64,000 nt of DNA from Octopus sinensis (Eukaryota), in contig NC_043010.1 in the NCBI RefSeq assembly GCF_006345805.1, positions 29,450,001-29,514,000 of the forward strand, given 5' to 3'. The first letter of the stretch is position 1. Every line of letters begins with the position of its first letter. Position numbers and translations under genes: made by a program. Below are positions 13,331-25,676 of this stretch, in pieces. The notes under the pieces are model-generated. The model searched no databases. It saw only the letters and a list, made by a program, of their open reading frames with translations, and had not been told where the DNA came from.

Positions 13331-13648
13331 TACAAGAGGCCCACCGTACACACACACACACACATTTATGTAAGCACGTATGTATGTACGTATGTATGTA
13401 TGTGAGTGTGTATGTGTGTGCGCGTGTGTGTCTGTGTTTGTCCCCTGCCATCACTTGACAACCGATGCTGGTGTGTTTACATCCCTGTAACTTAGTGGTT
13501 CAGGAAAAGAGACCGATAAAATTGTACTAAGCTTGCGAAGAATAAGTCTTGGGATCGATTTCTTCGCCTAAAACCTTTTAAGGCGGTGCTCCAGCATGGC
13601 CGCAGTCAAATGACTGAAACAAGCAAAAGAGTAAAAGAATAAAAGAAT

Positions 13649-13679
<31 letters not shown>

Positions 13680-13797
13680 TGCATAATACATACATACATA
13701 CATACATACATACATACATACATACATACATACATACATACATACTCATACACACACATACGTTCTGTCCGTATCTCTACATAAGCAACATACTTAC

Positions 13798-14030
13798 GTA
13801 GCTGATGGTCGCATTGAAATTTGTGCCAAATTTTAAAACTTTAATACATTTCAAAGGACCGCAGTCAGAAACTGTAGAATTAAAGTAATCTGTAGAGTAT
13901 GGTCGAAAGTCATCGTCGGCCGTGTCCAAAGTAACGTTTTGCGCACAATGGGTCCCATAGTATCTCAGCAACACACCATCGTCTATCCCAATGGATCCAG
14001 TCACTGTTTCCACTGATATGGGATTTTCAG
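13798..14030 (-). CDS. Host gene coding exon 9 (clearest PLAT/LH2-like module, first half)
   Basis: tttattacag|...|gtaagt; 233 bp, phase 1-0; ISVETVTG..IDDGVLLRYYG...L...DDFRPYSTDYF....DCGPLKCIKV matches PLAT motifs V-TG, YG, F..g.tD.F and DlG.L..I.I. Confidence 0.9.
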
Positions 14031-14672
14031 CTGTAATAAATAAAATAGAATTAGAATAAACAACTCTTATTGTTTTTGTTCTTTTTGCTGTTGTTGTTTT
14101 TGCTGCTACTGCTGCTGCTGTTGCTGTTGAGTGAACGGTCTTCGTCCCAGAGCTCGCAAGATGGGAGAAGTCCGAAACGTGGTCCTTTGCTATTCGTAAG
14201 ACCCGCAGAAGAGAAAGCAGGTCAACCCGGGACACCGAGATCATCGACGGATGGATGAATGCGCATCCAGGCTCAGCAGTTGCGTAGGAAGTCGGGGACA
14301 AGAAACAGGAAGAAAGAGTGAGAGAAAATTGGTGCGAAGGAGTACAACAGGGGTCGCCACCACCCCCTGCCGGAGCCTCGTGGAGCTTTAGGTGTTTTCG
14401 CCCAATAAACACACACAACGCCCTGTCTATCTATAAAATAAACATTCATTACTATTTCTAGAGTGGGCGCCATGAACCAGCTTTAAATTTCCTGTTCCTT
14501 TTCTTAATGAAACCGTTTTCATTTATCCGCCAAGTAGCATGACTGTGGTTAAGGAAATCATTTGAAACCAAGTGGTTCCCGGTTCAGTTCCACTGCGCGG
14601 AACCTTAGGCAAACGTCTTCTACTATACTTCCGGGCCGACCAACGCTTTTTGAGTGAATTTGTTTGATGGAA

Positions 14673-14710
<38 letters not shown>

Positions 14711-14858
14711 AGAGAGAGAGAGAAAGAGAAAGAGAGAGAGAAACTTTGTGCTTGTGCTCATCCCCACTTCCACCGCTTGACTACCGATGTTGTTTTGTTT
14801 ACGTCCTTGTAATTTAGCGGTTCGGCAAAAGACATATAGAACAGGTACCAGACATTCA

Positions 14859-15231
14859 TCGTGGCATTCTGTCGGTTACGACGACGAGGGTTCCAACTGA
14901 TCCGATCAACGGAACGGAAATTAACGGAAATTAAGTGGCTGAGCACTCCACAGACACGTGTACTCTTAACGTAGTTCTCGGGGAGATTCAACGTAATACA
15001 GAGTGTGACAAGGCTGGCCCTTTGAAATAAAGGTACAACAGAAACAGGAAGAAAGAGAAAGTTGTGGCGAAAGAGTACATACAGCAGGATTCACCAACAC
15101 CCCCTGCCGGAGCCTCGTGGAGCTTTAGGTGTTTTCGCCCAATAAACACTCACAACGCCCGGTCTGGGAATCGAAACTGCGATCCCATGACCGCGAGTCC
15201 GTTGCCCTAACCACTGGGCCATTGTGCCTCC
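14859..15231 (-). mobile_element. tRNA-derived SINE family C, nested inside a SINE A copy (~14538-15335)
   Basis: Minus-strand head GAGGCACAATGGCCCAGTGGTTAGGGC...TTCGATTCCC (A and B boxes); shares a block with ~14305-14420; SINE A sequence resumes on both sides. Confidence 0.8.
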
Positions 15232-15457
15232 TCACCAGACATTAAAAATAAACATTGAGGTCGGTCTTTTCAACTAAGGACTTCAAGATGTGGCCTGGCA
15301 TGGCTGCAGTCCAGTGACTGGAACAAGTAAGAGATAAAGGAAAAAACAAATAGTCTTAGGAAAAGCAAGCTCATAACTTGCCATTTATATTCGTGATGGA
15401 GATTACCTACTTACACAAGAAGTAATTTATGATGTTTTTATTATTTTTCTCTCTTAC

Positions 15458-15548
15458 CTTTGTTGTGAAGGACATAGAGTTGTTCTGTGAGGATTTCGCC
15501 ATGCACGAATGTGTATGACATGTTGCACGCATCACTGAACGCTATTAC
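15458..15548 (-). CDS. Host gene coding exon 8 (PLAT-like module 2, second half)
   Basis: ataattcag|...|gtaaga; 91 bp, phase 0-1; VIAFSDACNMSYTFVHGEILTEQLYVLHNK. Confidence 0.85.
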
Positions 15549-16023
15549 CTGAATTATACAGAATTACATAGATTTATATAAAACAGGTAAAGTGTGATTT
15601 ATAATATATGAAATATCGCAATGTTGTGAAAATATATTTGCTAAACTTGCTAAATATAACATATATGATCTGTAGTATGTGATCTGCGACCTATGGAAAC
15701 AACAAACGTTCTGAAATATATGAAAGTAGGTAAAAAGGGTGAAATGTAATATGTGATAACCCAACATTATATTTCATTTTTATATAAGGTAGCAAACTGA
15801 CAGAATCGTTGGTACGCGTGATAAAAAATGCTGGATCTGCAGGTCGTGCCTCTGGTTGTTTTACGACAGTAACGACACGACACCTGCTATCATTCCTATC
15901 AATTGTAAAAAGAAAACAAAAACTCGTAATTAAACAGTAATTCGTTATGAAAATTTTTAACTGAAATATTGTACATTAGTAAAAGAGAATACTGTGAAAA
16001 TAGTGTTGAAAATGTATAGTTAC

Positions 16024-16235
16024 CTTATCTACTATCAGTTTCGAAGTTCTGGATGTCGCCATGTAAAAACTAGATATCGGTATACATTGCAAACCGGGTA
16101 CGAGGAAAATATCTGTGAAACCGGACCTGATTCCCGACACTTTATGAACATCTTTTTTGTTTATTATAAGCGTAAGGTTATTGAGCGGGAATTCCGAACT
16201 GGCGTTAGATTTAACCAATAGCAGCCAATTAAAAT
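16024..16235 (-). CDS. Host gene coding exon 7 (PLAT-like module 2, first half)
   Basis: tttaatttcag|...|gtaact; 212 bp, phase 1-0; DFNWLLLVKS...IRSGFTDIFLV...KLIVDK. Confidence 0.85.
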
Positions 16236-16539
16236 CTGAAATTAAATAGCAATACAGATAACCAATAGTAATGAAACAATTGTAATTAATAGAAGGGAGA
16301 ATAAGTGGTAGTCACTTAACTAAAGCGATTTCATATATGACTGGATGTCAGCAAGAACTCAAAATCTATTCTCACAATGACACCTATAAGTATGCAGAGT
16401 TTGTTTTATTGTTTAGTGACTTAGAGCAGGAAGTGGTCGCTCGAAAACCTAACTAAGGCCTCTTTAGATTGTAAGACTAAATCTATCTCGAGCCTGACAC
16501 AAATGCTTTCGACAGAATGAGCCCCAGTAAAACCATCCA

Positions 16540-16920
16540 AGCATCAGGTGGTGATCTTGAACGGAGGGATGTATTAAAAATAGATAACGTTCCTCTTATG
16601 GACTTTGTCAGAAGGAATTCCTTGGCGCTATTATAGTGATTTCTCATACTCAGAGCTAACTGGCCTCATACCACTTCAGCTCAAGCACAAAACTTACATG
16701 TTTTCTTCCCGTCTTTCTCACACATACTATGTACCCTCCCCCACCTCGCACTAATCCCCACCCCCTCTCACCTCACCCTTCCCTCCAACCACCTCGCACT
16801 AAGCACTATGCACTGTCCTTCCTCCAAAGATCGCCGGCTCAATGGAATTCCCTCCCGGCACATGTTTTTCTTGCTAACTGTTCAAGAGGAAGGGTAACTG
16901 CATTCACCTCAACGATTTGA
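16540..16920 (+). mobile_element. Degenerate 3' end of an APE-type (CR1/L2/Jockey-group) LINE
   Basis: PRTKHYALSFLQRSPAQWNSLPAHVF resembles the conserved SF..R....WNSLP C-terminus. Confidence 0.55.
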
Positions 16921-17637
16921 GAGGGTCTCCGAAGACCAAACGCTACCCCCTCCTCCATCTTATCCTTACGTTTTTTAACATGTTTTCTACCACTTTCCCT
17001 TGTCCATTCACTGAAGTTTCCCCTGTACCTCTTTTGTGGGTTTTCTTATGGCCTCTTTACTGGAGTTTGTTCATGAGTTGCCAAGTTCGCAAGATGTTAT
17101 GCGTCATGGTGTCATGTTACATGACAAAAAAATTTTATTTTTCTCCCCTTTGACAGAAATGGTCTGTATTTTGTAGAGTTTTCAATAATTTCGTTCTTAA
17201 CGCTCTCATGACGTGGTATTTGTATTTGAAATTCAACTTGTTTTATAACTTTGAGGAAGAAGGGCTGCACCCATGAGCTTTTTCGGGGTTCCCAAAACTA
17301 TTAGGAGAAAGGGGACACTTTATACATAAATCGAAGAGCAAGATGAATGTTCAGAATAGAGTAGACACCAGTAGAGGCAACCAAGGATCAAGTGGGGGTG
17401 TTAAACTAGGGAAAAATAACGTTTACCACCCACGAATAGAAACGGTTATGCCAGCAGACGTGCACACTGTTCTTGCCATCTAAATCTTCGTAGTGCTTTG
17501 GTAGACACCACATTATGGTATAAAACAATTGCCCAAGGTGCTGTGAAGCTGGATCTGCAAAAGTTGTTGTAAACATATTTCTATTTTTTAATCAGTGAAT
17601 TTATTTCACTAGAATTCTTATATGTTTATAAGAGCTA

Positions 17638-17743
17638 GATAGGCATCTCCAACTAGCAGGCCATGCTACTCCAGACTGATGACGAGCAAAGACTCAGAAA
17701 CTAGTGTCTGAGTGCAGGCTTAGCTGGGTGGAAGTGCTTATCT
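17638..17743 (+). ncRNA. Type I hammerhead-ribozyme-like motif with an extended stem I
   Basis: CTGATGA (17676-17682), stem II gag/ctc, GAAA (17697-17700), C-tagt-GTC; flanks are imperfectly complementary over ~35 nt. Confidence 0.55.
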
Positions 17744-18167
17744 CCCCCTTGTAAATATAAGGACACAAGAAATGTGTCACGGCCGACATGAAGCGTTGCT
17801 GCTTCCTAGGGCTAAATAGGAGTAGTATGATTCCCTTCATGGGACTGTCACATCAAGTTGACTGTATACAACTACTTTAATTAATTAATAATTAAATTGA
17901 CTGAATAGGATCGCAAGTTGGGTGTTTGAAAGGTGAGATTATTATAAAATATAAATGAAAAACCATAGATCAAAAATTCAATAACGAATGTACGATGTAA
18001 ATTATATATACGTACATAAAGACATATACATATACATGCATATTTTTTTTAATCTTTTACTTGTTTCAATCATTAGACTGCGGCCATACTGGCGCACCGC
18101 CTTGAAGAATCTTTTGTTGAATGTATTGTCCACAGCAATTATTTTTTGAGAACCTGGTACTTATTAA

Positions 18168-18423
18168 AGCTATAGTTTTAACTAAAACACAGTTAACAGC
18201 ATTGGCTGAATCGCGCCAGTAGACCGCCAGGTCATATGAGAAAACTTTCTGCAGTGAATTTTCCTTTTAGCAGTTGAAATATGCCACAGACATCATTTAA
18301 CTAACTTAGACTTTACTTATGCCGAAACACTGCTTGGGTTAATATTACAGTAATTTCAACGACCTTGAGGTCTACTAGCGCAAAACAGTTAAAGATGACT
18401 GTATTTTAGTTAAAACTGTAGAT
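18168..18423. mobile_element. MITE with long imperfect TIRs and TTAA target duplication (Kolobok-like)
   Basis: TTAA|agctatagttttaactaaaacacagt ... actgtattttagttaaaactgtagat|TTAA; abuts a SINE A fragment. Confidence 0.7.
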
Positions 18424-18546
18424 TTAATAAGGTCTACCCAGAGTTGCCTGTCTTAGGTATTTCCTATTGATAACAGCTAAGGAGCTAGAAACATCGATGT
18501 CTGGGAATCCTGAGATATGGCGACACTGAACAGATATGGTGTTTGT

Positions 18547-18778
18547 ATGAGAGTATGATAGAAGAAGGACCATGTTAACACCAAAAATTCTTTACATCAA
18601 AAAGGTACCTTTTTTCTATGAAAATCCCTATTTTTTACGATGTTTTGACTGCTGTGTCGCCATTTTTCGGTGTATTTCACTTAAAGAGAATAACAAGTTA
18701 CATACTGCCAAATTTTTACTTTTCAAAATTCCAATTCTAAGGGTCTAAACAAACCGCAATGTCGGGCGAAACTGCTAG
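18547..18778 (+). mobile_element. Non-autonomous Helitron, 3' part
   Basis: Ends with a subterminal hairpin remnant and CTAG|T; reverse complement of part of 49457-49848. Confidence 0.75.
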
Positions 18779-18801
18779 TATATATATATATATATATATA
18801 C

Positions 18802-18850
<49 letters not shown>

Positions 18851-18866
18851 ATATATATATTGCATG

Positions 18867-18947
<81 letters not shown>

Positions 18948-19747
18948 AGATACCTAGAAGATAGGTTTCGGCAACATTGACCCAGCCATTGACGGATATT
19001 TGTCCTCATCTTTGTTGTTAACACAATGTTTTGGCTGATATACCCTCCAGCCTTCTTCAGGTGATTATGTGAATGTGTGTTTGTGTGTATGTAGGCGTGA
19101 GTATGTGAGTGCGTGCTTGTGTGTTGTGTGTAATACTTTGGTTAAACAAATTCAGATGTGTTTTGTGAAAATTATGTGCTTTTGGTTACACCGTATATCG
19201 CTCTTATATATTGAGGTTTTTATATCTTTCCTAGCCATAAGAGAACTCTGAAAGAATTTTCACTCTCTAGTAAGACAAGGTTTTTTTTTTCCAGTTGCAT
19301 ATACATGCGCTTGCTCCGTTACCCAAATACAACATGGTTGTTTTATATTCAACACATCGTGGCCGACTGTTATTTATTTTTAAGCTTCACAGTAATCATT
19401 CTACGCCGTCTGAAGAGGCAAACTATCGAAGAAATTTGTAAGTGTTCCTGAATGTTACCGCAAAGGTAATGTGTGTATATTTCCTTCATGTAGGTATATT
19501 TTAAAATCATTACTTTAATTTATTTATTTCAAATAGGTATTAGTCACAACCCCAACTGAATTCTAATTATTTTCAGAGGGCTTTTTATATACTTAGATTA
19601 TAAGAATTATGATTCCTTCTCTTAGTTTAATCAACCCAAACTTATGAGAAAACACTTGCCTAAGGCATCGTACAAACATGCCTACGGCATTCGATTTGTT
19701 GAATAAGGAATGGAACACTATTGCAAAAGTGTTATTTTTATACATAC

Positions 19748-19835
19748 CACTGAAAGTTCCACTGCATTGATGTGCCTTCAGAATTGATGACATCACGACA
19801 AATGGTGCAATTTTAGTTACAAACTTAAGGGTCAC
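19748..19835 (-). CDS. Host gene coding exon 6 (module 1, second half)
   Basis: tttctttcag|...|gtatgt; 88 bp, phase 0-1; VTLKFVTKIAPFVVMSSILKAHQCSGTFS. Confidence 0.8.
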
Positions 19836-20046
19836 CTGAAAGAAATATATGAATACATGTATATATGAGCGCACGTTTGTGCGTGTGTACTCATGAGAGT
19901 GAGTACATCACACGCCCGCATACACATATGCACTCCTTCACACACACTCACTCACTCACTCACTCACTCACACAACACATACTCATAAACACATGCAAAA
20001 TACAAACAGTCAGCGTACCGAATTCCAAAGAGGATTCAGTACGCAT

Positions 20047-20089
<43 letters not shown>

Positions 20090-20197
20090 GTGGTGCTCCA
20101 GCATGGCCACAGTCAAATGACTGAAACAAGTAAAAGAGTATATACAACTACATACATACATACCTACATATATAATATATAATATATATATATTTAG

Positions 20198-20229
<32 letters not shown>

Positions 20230-20839
20230 ATATAAGAGATAATGGTGTCATTGAGACCCAAGGTGTCAGGTAATAGCTGAATAAGTACTACAGACAGACC
20301 ATAATTCAGTTCCAGATTCGGTAATATTGCGAATAAAGGGTTCAACGTTGGTTCTGTCAGCAAGTGTATATATAAGGCTGTATAGATATTAGAGCATTTA
20401 TAGATAGAAGATCTTACAGCTGTTTCTAGGATATTAATAATATCCCTTCACCGGAGATGGTGTGAGAGGAAAATTAAGTCAGCTCCGATGAAGGGATAAA
20501 TATCCATTTTACTGAAAGTTAAGACAAATTGAATTGGTCTCCGGTGAATTTTCCGAAAATCCTTCCCACCTACTCTAAAATATTTACCCCAAAGAATTTG
20601 TACATTCGGAATATACATGATATAACACATATTTGTAGAAAATTCCATTAAAAAATATCCATTTCTCTGAAAGTTATGATCATCCAAAGTCGGGGAAGCA
20701 GAAATCACGGCTTGCTATTTGTGTAAGATGTGAGTGTATGATAAAAATATTTTCATAAAGAAATTTCATTTAATTAATCAATCGTCAACATATCTGTTTC
20801 ATATACATAACATATATAGTTTGGTGAAACTATTTGCCA

Positions 20840-21475
20840 CATGTACACAGTTGAATGGCAGAAAAGAGACCTGCCGCATGCTTGCATTCTAATCTGACGT
20901 AAAGACAAAATTCATCCTAATCAAATTGATTCTATCATTAATGCCGAGCTTCCTGACAAAACAGAAGATCCCGAACTTTTTGAAGTCATCAGGATTCAGA
21001 TGATGCATGGTCCATGCGGTTCTCTCAACAGAAACTCTCCGTACATGGTTGATGTAAAGTGCAGTAGAGGCTACTCTAAGCAATTTATTGCCCAAACAGA
21101 GACTGGCCATGATGGATACCTAAGCTACAGGCGTCGCAAGCCGGGTCAAGGAGGACATAAAGCCACTATCAACGCAAGTGTAGTCCGTGAAATTGGTGTT
21201 GCAACAGGTAGATCGTGCCGCACTGTCCCCTTCTGTCAAAGATGTTCAAAGAACACATCAATACCGAGTTTTTTGTGCAACTATGTCAACAATGGATCAG
21301 ACATGGCTGCTTTTGGCCTTCAGGAGGTAAACAAGAACGATGAAGTGACATGCTACCAGATGGCACGCTACATCAGCAACAATGAGGCAGCCTGGAGACG
21401 GTTTAACTTTCCACTTCATGAACGGAAGTTATCCATTTAGATGTACATCTAGAGAACGGCCAGCAAGTATACTTT
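20840..21475 (+). pseudogene. Helitron Rep (HUH endonuclease) domain fragment
   Basis: VEWQKRDLPHACIL (degenerate HUH motif), AELPD..EDPELF, MMHGPCG..N.NSP, GHDGYLSYRRR, ARYISNNEAAWR..NFPLHER, VHLENGQQVYF. Confidence 0.9.
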
Positions 21476-22179
21476 AATATATATATATATATATATGACA
21501 CACACAACACATATATATATATATATACACACACACACATATATATATATATATACATACATACATATATATACATATGAGGTATTGGTATATAGAAGAC
21601 CCTAAAAGTGGTAGGTAATGCTAAGTAAGCGCTATGGACAGACCATTGTTAAACTCTTGGTTCGATAGTGATACGAGTGCGAAGTTTATGTGGGCCTTGC
21701 ATTAGCATGCATATATATATAATATATTAATAATATATAATAATAATAATCATAATAATATAATCATAATAATTTTGAGGGAATATTATTCCTAACTTAC
21801 AGGGAAAAATTCAATTTAGAAATACTAAATCAACATTTCACAAAATATAATATATAATATATAAATTAAAAAAACACCTTTTATATCAATTCAAAATGAA
21901 CAATAAAATTACACCATCTAGAAAATTACATATAATACAAATATAAAAAATAAAATCACAATAATATGCAGAATTATAATTTAAACGATTATAAGTTTTA
22001 AAAGATAATAGTTTTGATGATTTTTATAATGATAAACCTAATTATCTGAATTATGATAAATTTTATTTAGGTATTTATCATCTTAATAATAATGGGAATT
22101 TTGAAAATTTAAATCATAAATTTAATATTATTACAGAGATTTTAAATATAACTGAAGTATTTATTAGGGATAATAAAAA

Positions 22180-22794
22180 CATTATAATATTTTTTCTAAA
22201 GATAATTTTGGAGTTAGTTATTCAACTACGAATAATATTGGTAATATTATTTCTTCATGTAATATTTTTAAATTAAAGAAATTCTATAAAGATAGATTAA
22301 ATATTGATTCCAATAATAATAATAATAAAGACCAAGAGGTAATTTATTGTACATGTAGGGATAAGTCTACATGTAATTTGAATAATTATTGTAATTTAGA
22401 TAATGTAGTCTATAAGTGTATGGTAACTATAATAGATGATAAGAATTTGAATTATCTTAATTTAAATACTATTTATATTGGGTCCACTTCGAATAAAATT
22501 AAATCTAGAATTTCTCAACAGATGTTTTCTTTTAGGAATAAAAATCTTATAAATTCAACAGGTCTCAGTAAATATATTTGGGACCTTAAATCAAGATCCA
22601 TTAAATATAAATTAAATTGGGATATTATTTGTAGGGCTAAATCATATACTATCGGGAGTAATTATTGTTCTCTTTGTAATAACGAACTTAAAGAAATATT
22701 ATTTAATAACAATTATGCGTTAATAAACTCATTGGAGGAACGTAAAATTAAAGGTAAACATAAATTAAAGTACCTTTATAATAGATTTAGCTAA
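22180..22794 (+). pseudogene. GIY-YIG endonuclease coding region of PLE type
   Basis: Open frame VSYSTTNNIGNII...CTCRDKSTCNLNNYC..VVYK...IYIGST...KSRI...STGLSKYIWDLK...W.I...CSLC..E; apparent frameshift upstream near 22180; no RT motifs recognised. Confidence 0.85.
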
Positions 22795-23308
22795 TAAATA
22801 AATAATTATATTGTTTTTAAATATATATTTATTATAGTAATATAAATTAATTTCAACACAATATATATTTATTTGATTTAATTACTTATCTTTAGTATAT
22901 ATTAAATCTTATTTCGTCTTATGTTATTTATTTATTGTAGAAATTATTTAATAGTATTAGAGTTTATTTTACTATTTTATTATATGTTATTTTAAACTCA
23001 ATGACGAAAAATATTTGTTGATGGTGAGTTTGAGATGGGTTTGGGCTTCATGAGTTGGAGAGAGGTGGGAGGGTTGGAATGGTAGGGGAATAGTCGGCTG
23101 TGAATAAATTGGCGGTAGCTGGCGGTTTGTTGTAGATTTTACTAATACTCTTAATTTTTTTTAAATGATTTCTTTAATATAGCCACGAAATACGTGTCGT
23201 TATTCTACCAAATATATACGTTTTTATTATTATTTTGCAATTTACTTAATCATCGGTATAATTGTGATTTTATTTTTTATATTTGTATTATATTATATTT
23301 GTATTATA

Positions 23309-23754
23309 GGCGCAGGAGTGGCTGTGTGGTAAGTAGCTTGCTAACCAACCACATGGTTCCGGGTTCAGTCCTACTGCGTGGCATCTTTGGCAAGTGTCTC
23401 TGCTATACCCCGGCCGACCAACGCCTTGTGAGTGGATTTGGTAGACGGAAACTGAAAGAAGTCTGTCGTATATATGTATATATAATATTATATATATATA
23501 TATATTATATATATATGTCTTATATATTGTATATATGTGTGTGGTGTTTTGTGTGTCTGTGTTTGTCCCTCTAGCATTGCTTGACAACCGATGCTGGTGT
23601 GTTTACGTCCCCGTCACGTAGCGGTTCGGCAAAAGAGACCGATAGAATAAGTACTGGGCTTACAAAGAATAAGTCCGTGGTCGAGTTGCTCGACTAAAGG
23701 CGGTGCTCCACATGGCCGCAGTCAAATGACTGAAACAAGTAAAAGAAAAAAAAA
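23309..23754 (+). mobile_element. SINE family A, full-length, tRNA-derived, with internal microsatellite
   Basis: GGCGCAGGAGTGGCTGTGTGGTAAG (A box), GGTTCAGTCC (B box), CORE-like ttggcaagtgtc, tail GACTGAAACAAGTAAAAGA. Confidence 0.9.
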
Positions 23755-23817
23755 TGTAATTTCTAGATGGTCTAATTTTTTTTCATTTTGAATTGATAAA
23801 AGGTGTTTTTTCTAATT

Positions 23818-23881
<64 letters not shown>

Positions 23882-23943
23882 GCAAAACAGATCACAAAGC
23901 CAAAGCTGTGAGGAGTTTTTAGGACATTTAAAAGGAAAGATAT

Positions 23944-23994
23944 AGTCTTACAGCTGTTTCTGGGATATTATAGATATCCCTTCATCAGAGACGA
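23944..23994 (-). ncRNA. Minimal type I hammerhead ribozyme with intact core
   Basis: Minus strand reads gtct-CTGATGA-a-gggatat-ctata-atatccc-a-GAAA-C-agct-GTA-agac: stems I and II paired, palindromic stem III loop, GUA triplet. Confidence 0.8.
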
Positions 23995-24761
23995 TGTGAG
24001 ATGATTAAATAAAGGTAAATGTTTGATTTCGAAATAAGGAATTATTATGGAAAAGGAGGAGATAGGGAAAATAGAGGGAAATAAGAGAATGAAAATAGAA
24101 ATAACATATAAGATATTGTAGTTGCAATCTATTATACAAGTAAAGTGGTGTATAAAAGTGGTAAAAAGTTTCCTGTATATGGTATGCAAGTTCCGATAGT
24201 AGTTCGTGCTTAGTCATTTCAAAGTATGGAGCCACTCTCAAATTTTCATTCACACCACAAAACCCCTTCGAATGGGCAACACAGAATCAACAGTGTAATG
24301 ACAGAAACAAGTAAGATGTGTGTGTGTGTGTGTGTGTGGTGTGTGGTGTTGTGTGTGTGTGTGTGTGTGTGTGTTTGCTCTTATCCCTAATTCTTCGGAA
24401 GAAAACTTTTTTGCGGGCACCGCCAATTGGGAAGCGCTCAGTCTTATCGTTAAAGGTGCGAAACTGAATATTACCATTTGGCAGATAACTGATGAAGAAT
24501 TACGGACCTTCTGCTTGTCTCCCGTTTGTTTTTATATTCAGTATAGGTTATGTTGTTTATTTATACATTTTTTTCATTCATATATGTATAAAATGTGTCA
24601 TCCCATAAAATAATGCGGTTTTTTTCAATTGCATGAACTAAAAATCGGAGGGGAGCGGGATAAACGACCTGCATCTACTTTCTATAAAAGCACGTAGTAA
24701 TTTTACCATGTCCTTATCCGTAGTGCAGTTCGATTTTAACAGTTATCTTTTCAAAGCTATA

Positions 24762-25659
24762 ATGGAAGTGACAAAGGAGCATGTTCGGTATATTTTGCTT
24801 CATGAATTCAATAAAGGCAACAACACAACGGAAAGTGCGAGGAATATTAATGCAGTATATGGGGATCGGACAATAAGCGTAAGCCAGTGTGGACGGTGGT
24901 CCCAGGAATTCTGAGCTAGAATTCAACCATTCATCGACACCTTCGTGCCATCGGAAAAATCAGCAAATTGGGTCAATGGGTTCCTCACAGACTTGCCGAG
25001 TCTAATCGCGCGCAGAGTGAATGTATATTCTTCTTTGCTGTCACGTCTCACAAATGAACCTTTTTTGGACCGAATAATGACTGGTAACGAGAAATGGGTT
25101 CTCTATAAAAATGTAAAGTACCGAAAACTGTGGGTAGGGAAAGGGGAAATAGCAGCACCCCAGGCTAAAGAATATCTTCACCCACGTAGGGTGTTGTTAT
25201 CTGTTTGGTGGGATATGAAAGGTTTAGTCCACTTTGAACTAGTCTACTTTGAAACGCAAACAAAACGATAACAAAGGAGATCTACTGCGAGCAGCTTGAG
25301 CGGCTTACGTCAGCGCTAGAAGAAAAACGACCATATTTGCTTTCAAGACGGAAGGTGTTCTTCTATCAGGATAATGCTCGGCCACATACAGTGAGGATGC
25401 AGTCTAAAGGAGCAGTTTAAATGGGAAGCGATGCCCCACCCACCATTTCGCCGGACATTGTCCCATCTAAATGTCATTTAATCGCAGTCTTCAAAATTAT
25501 TTGGATGGAAAAAATATGAATTCTCTAGACGAGGTCAGAACAGTAATGGAAGAGTATTTTTGATGATGGACAAGTGAATTTTGGAAGAGGGGCCTTGTAA
25601 GTTTACCAGATAGATGAAGGAGCATTGTAGAAAATGAGGGAGAGTATATTTTAGATTAA
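24762..25659 (+). pseudogene. Mariner transposase pseudogene
   Basis: MEVTKEHVRYILLHEF, FLDRIMTGNEKWVLYKN, LHPRRVLLSVWWD.KG.VHFEL, QDNARPH, ENEGEYILD*; internal deletion and frameshifts. Confidence 0.9.
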
Positions 25660-25676
25660 AAGAGAACTTTGTTTAT

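Larger units (their letters stand above)
21720..23870 (+). mobile_element. AT-rich Penelope-like GIY-YIG element with inverted terminal segments
   Basis: GIY-YIG frame inside; ~21855-21962 is the reverse complement of 23261-23308 plus 23755-23825 (split by a SINE); sits in a TA tract that interrupts another repeat. Confidence 0.7.

Noticed and set aside
23309-23380. tRNA-like sequences (also ~15160-15231, 41710-41780, 42690-42755 and 63500-63560)
   Set aside because: SINE heads with A/B boxes; no complete cloverleaf, and they continue into SINE bodies
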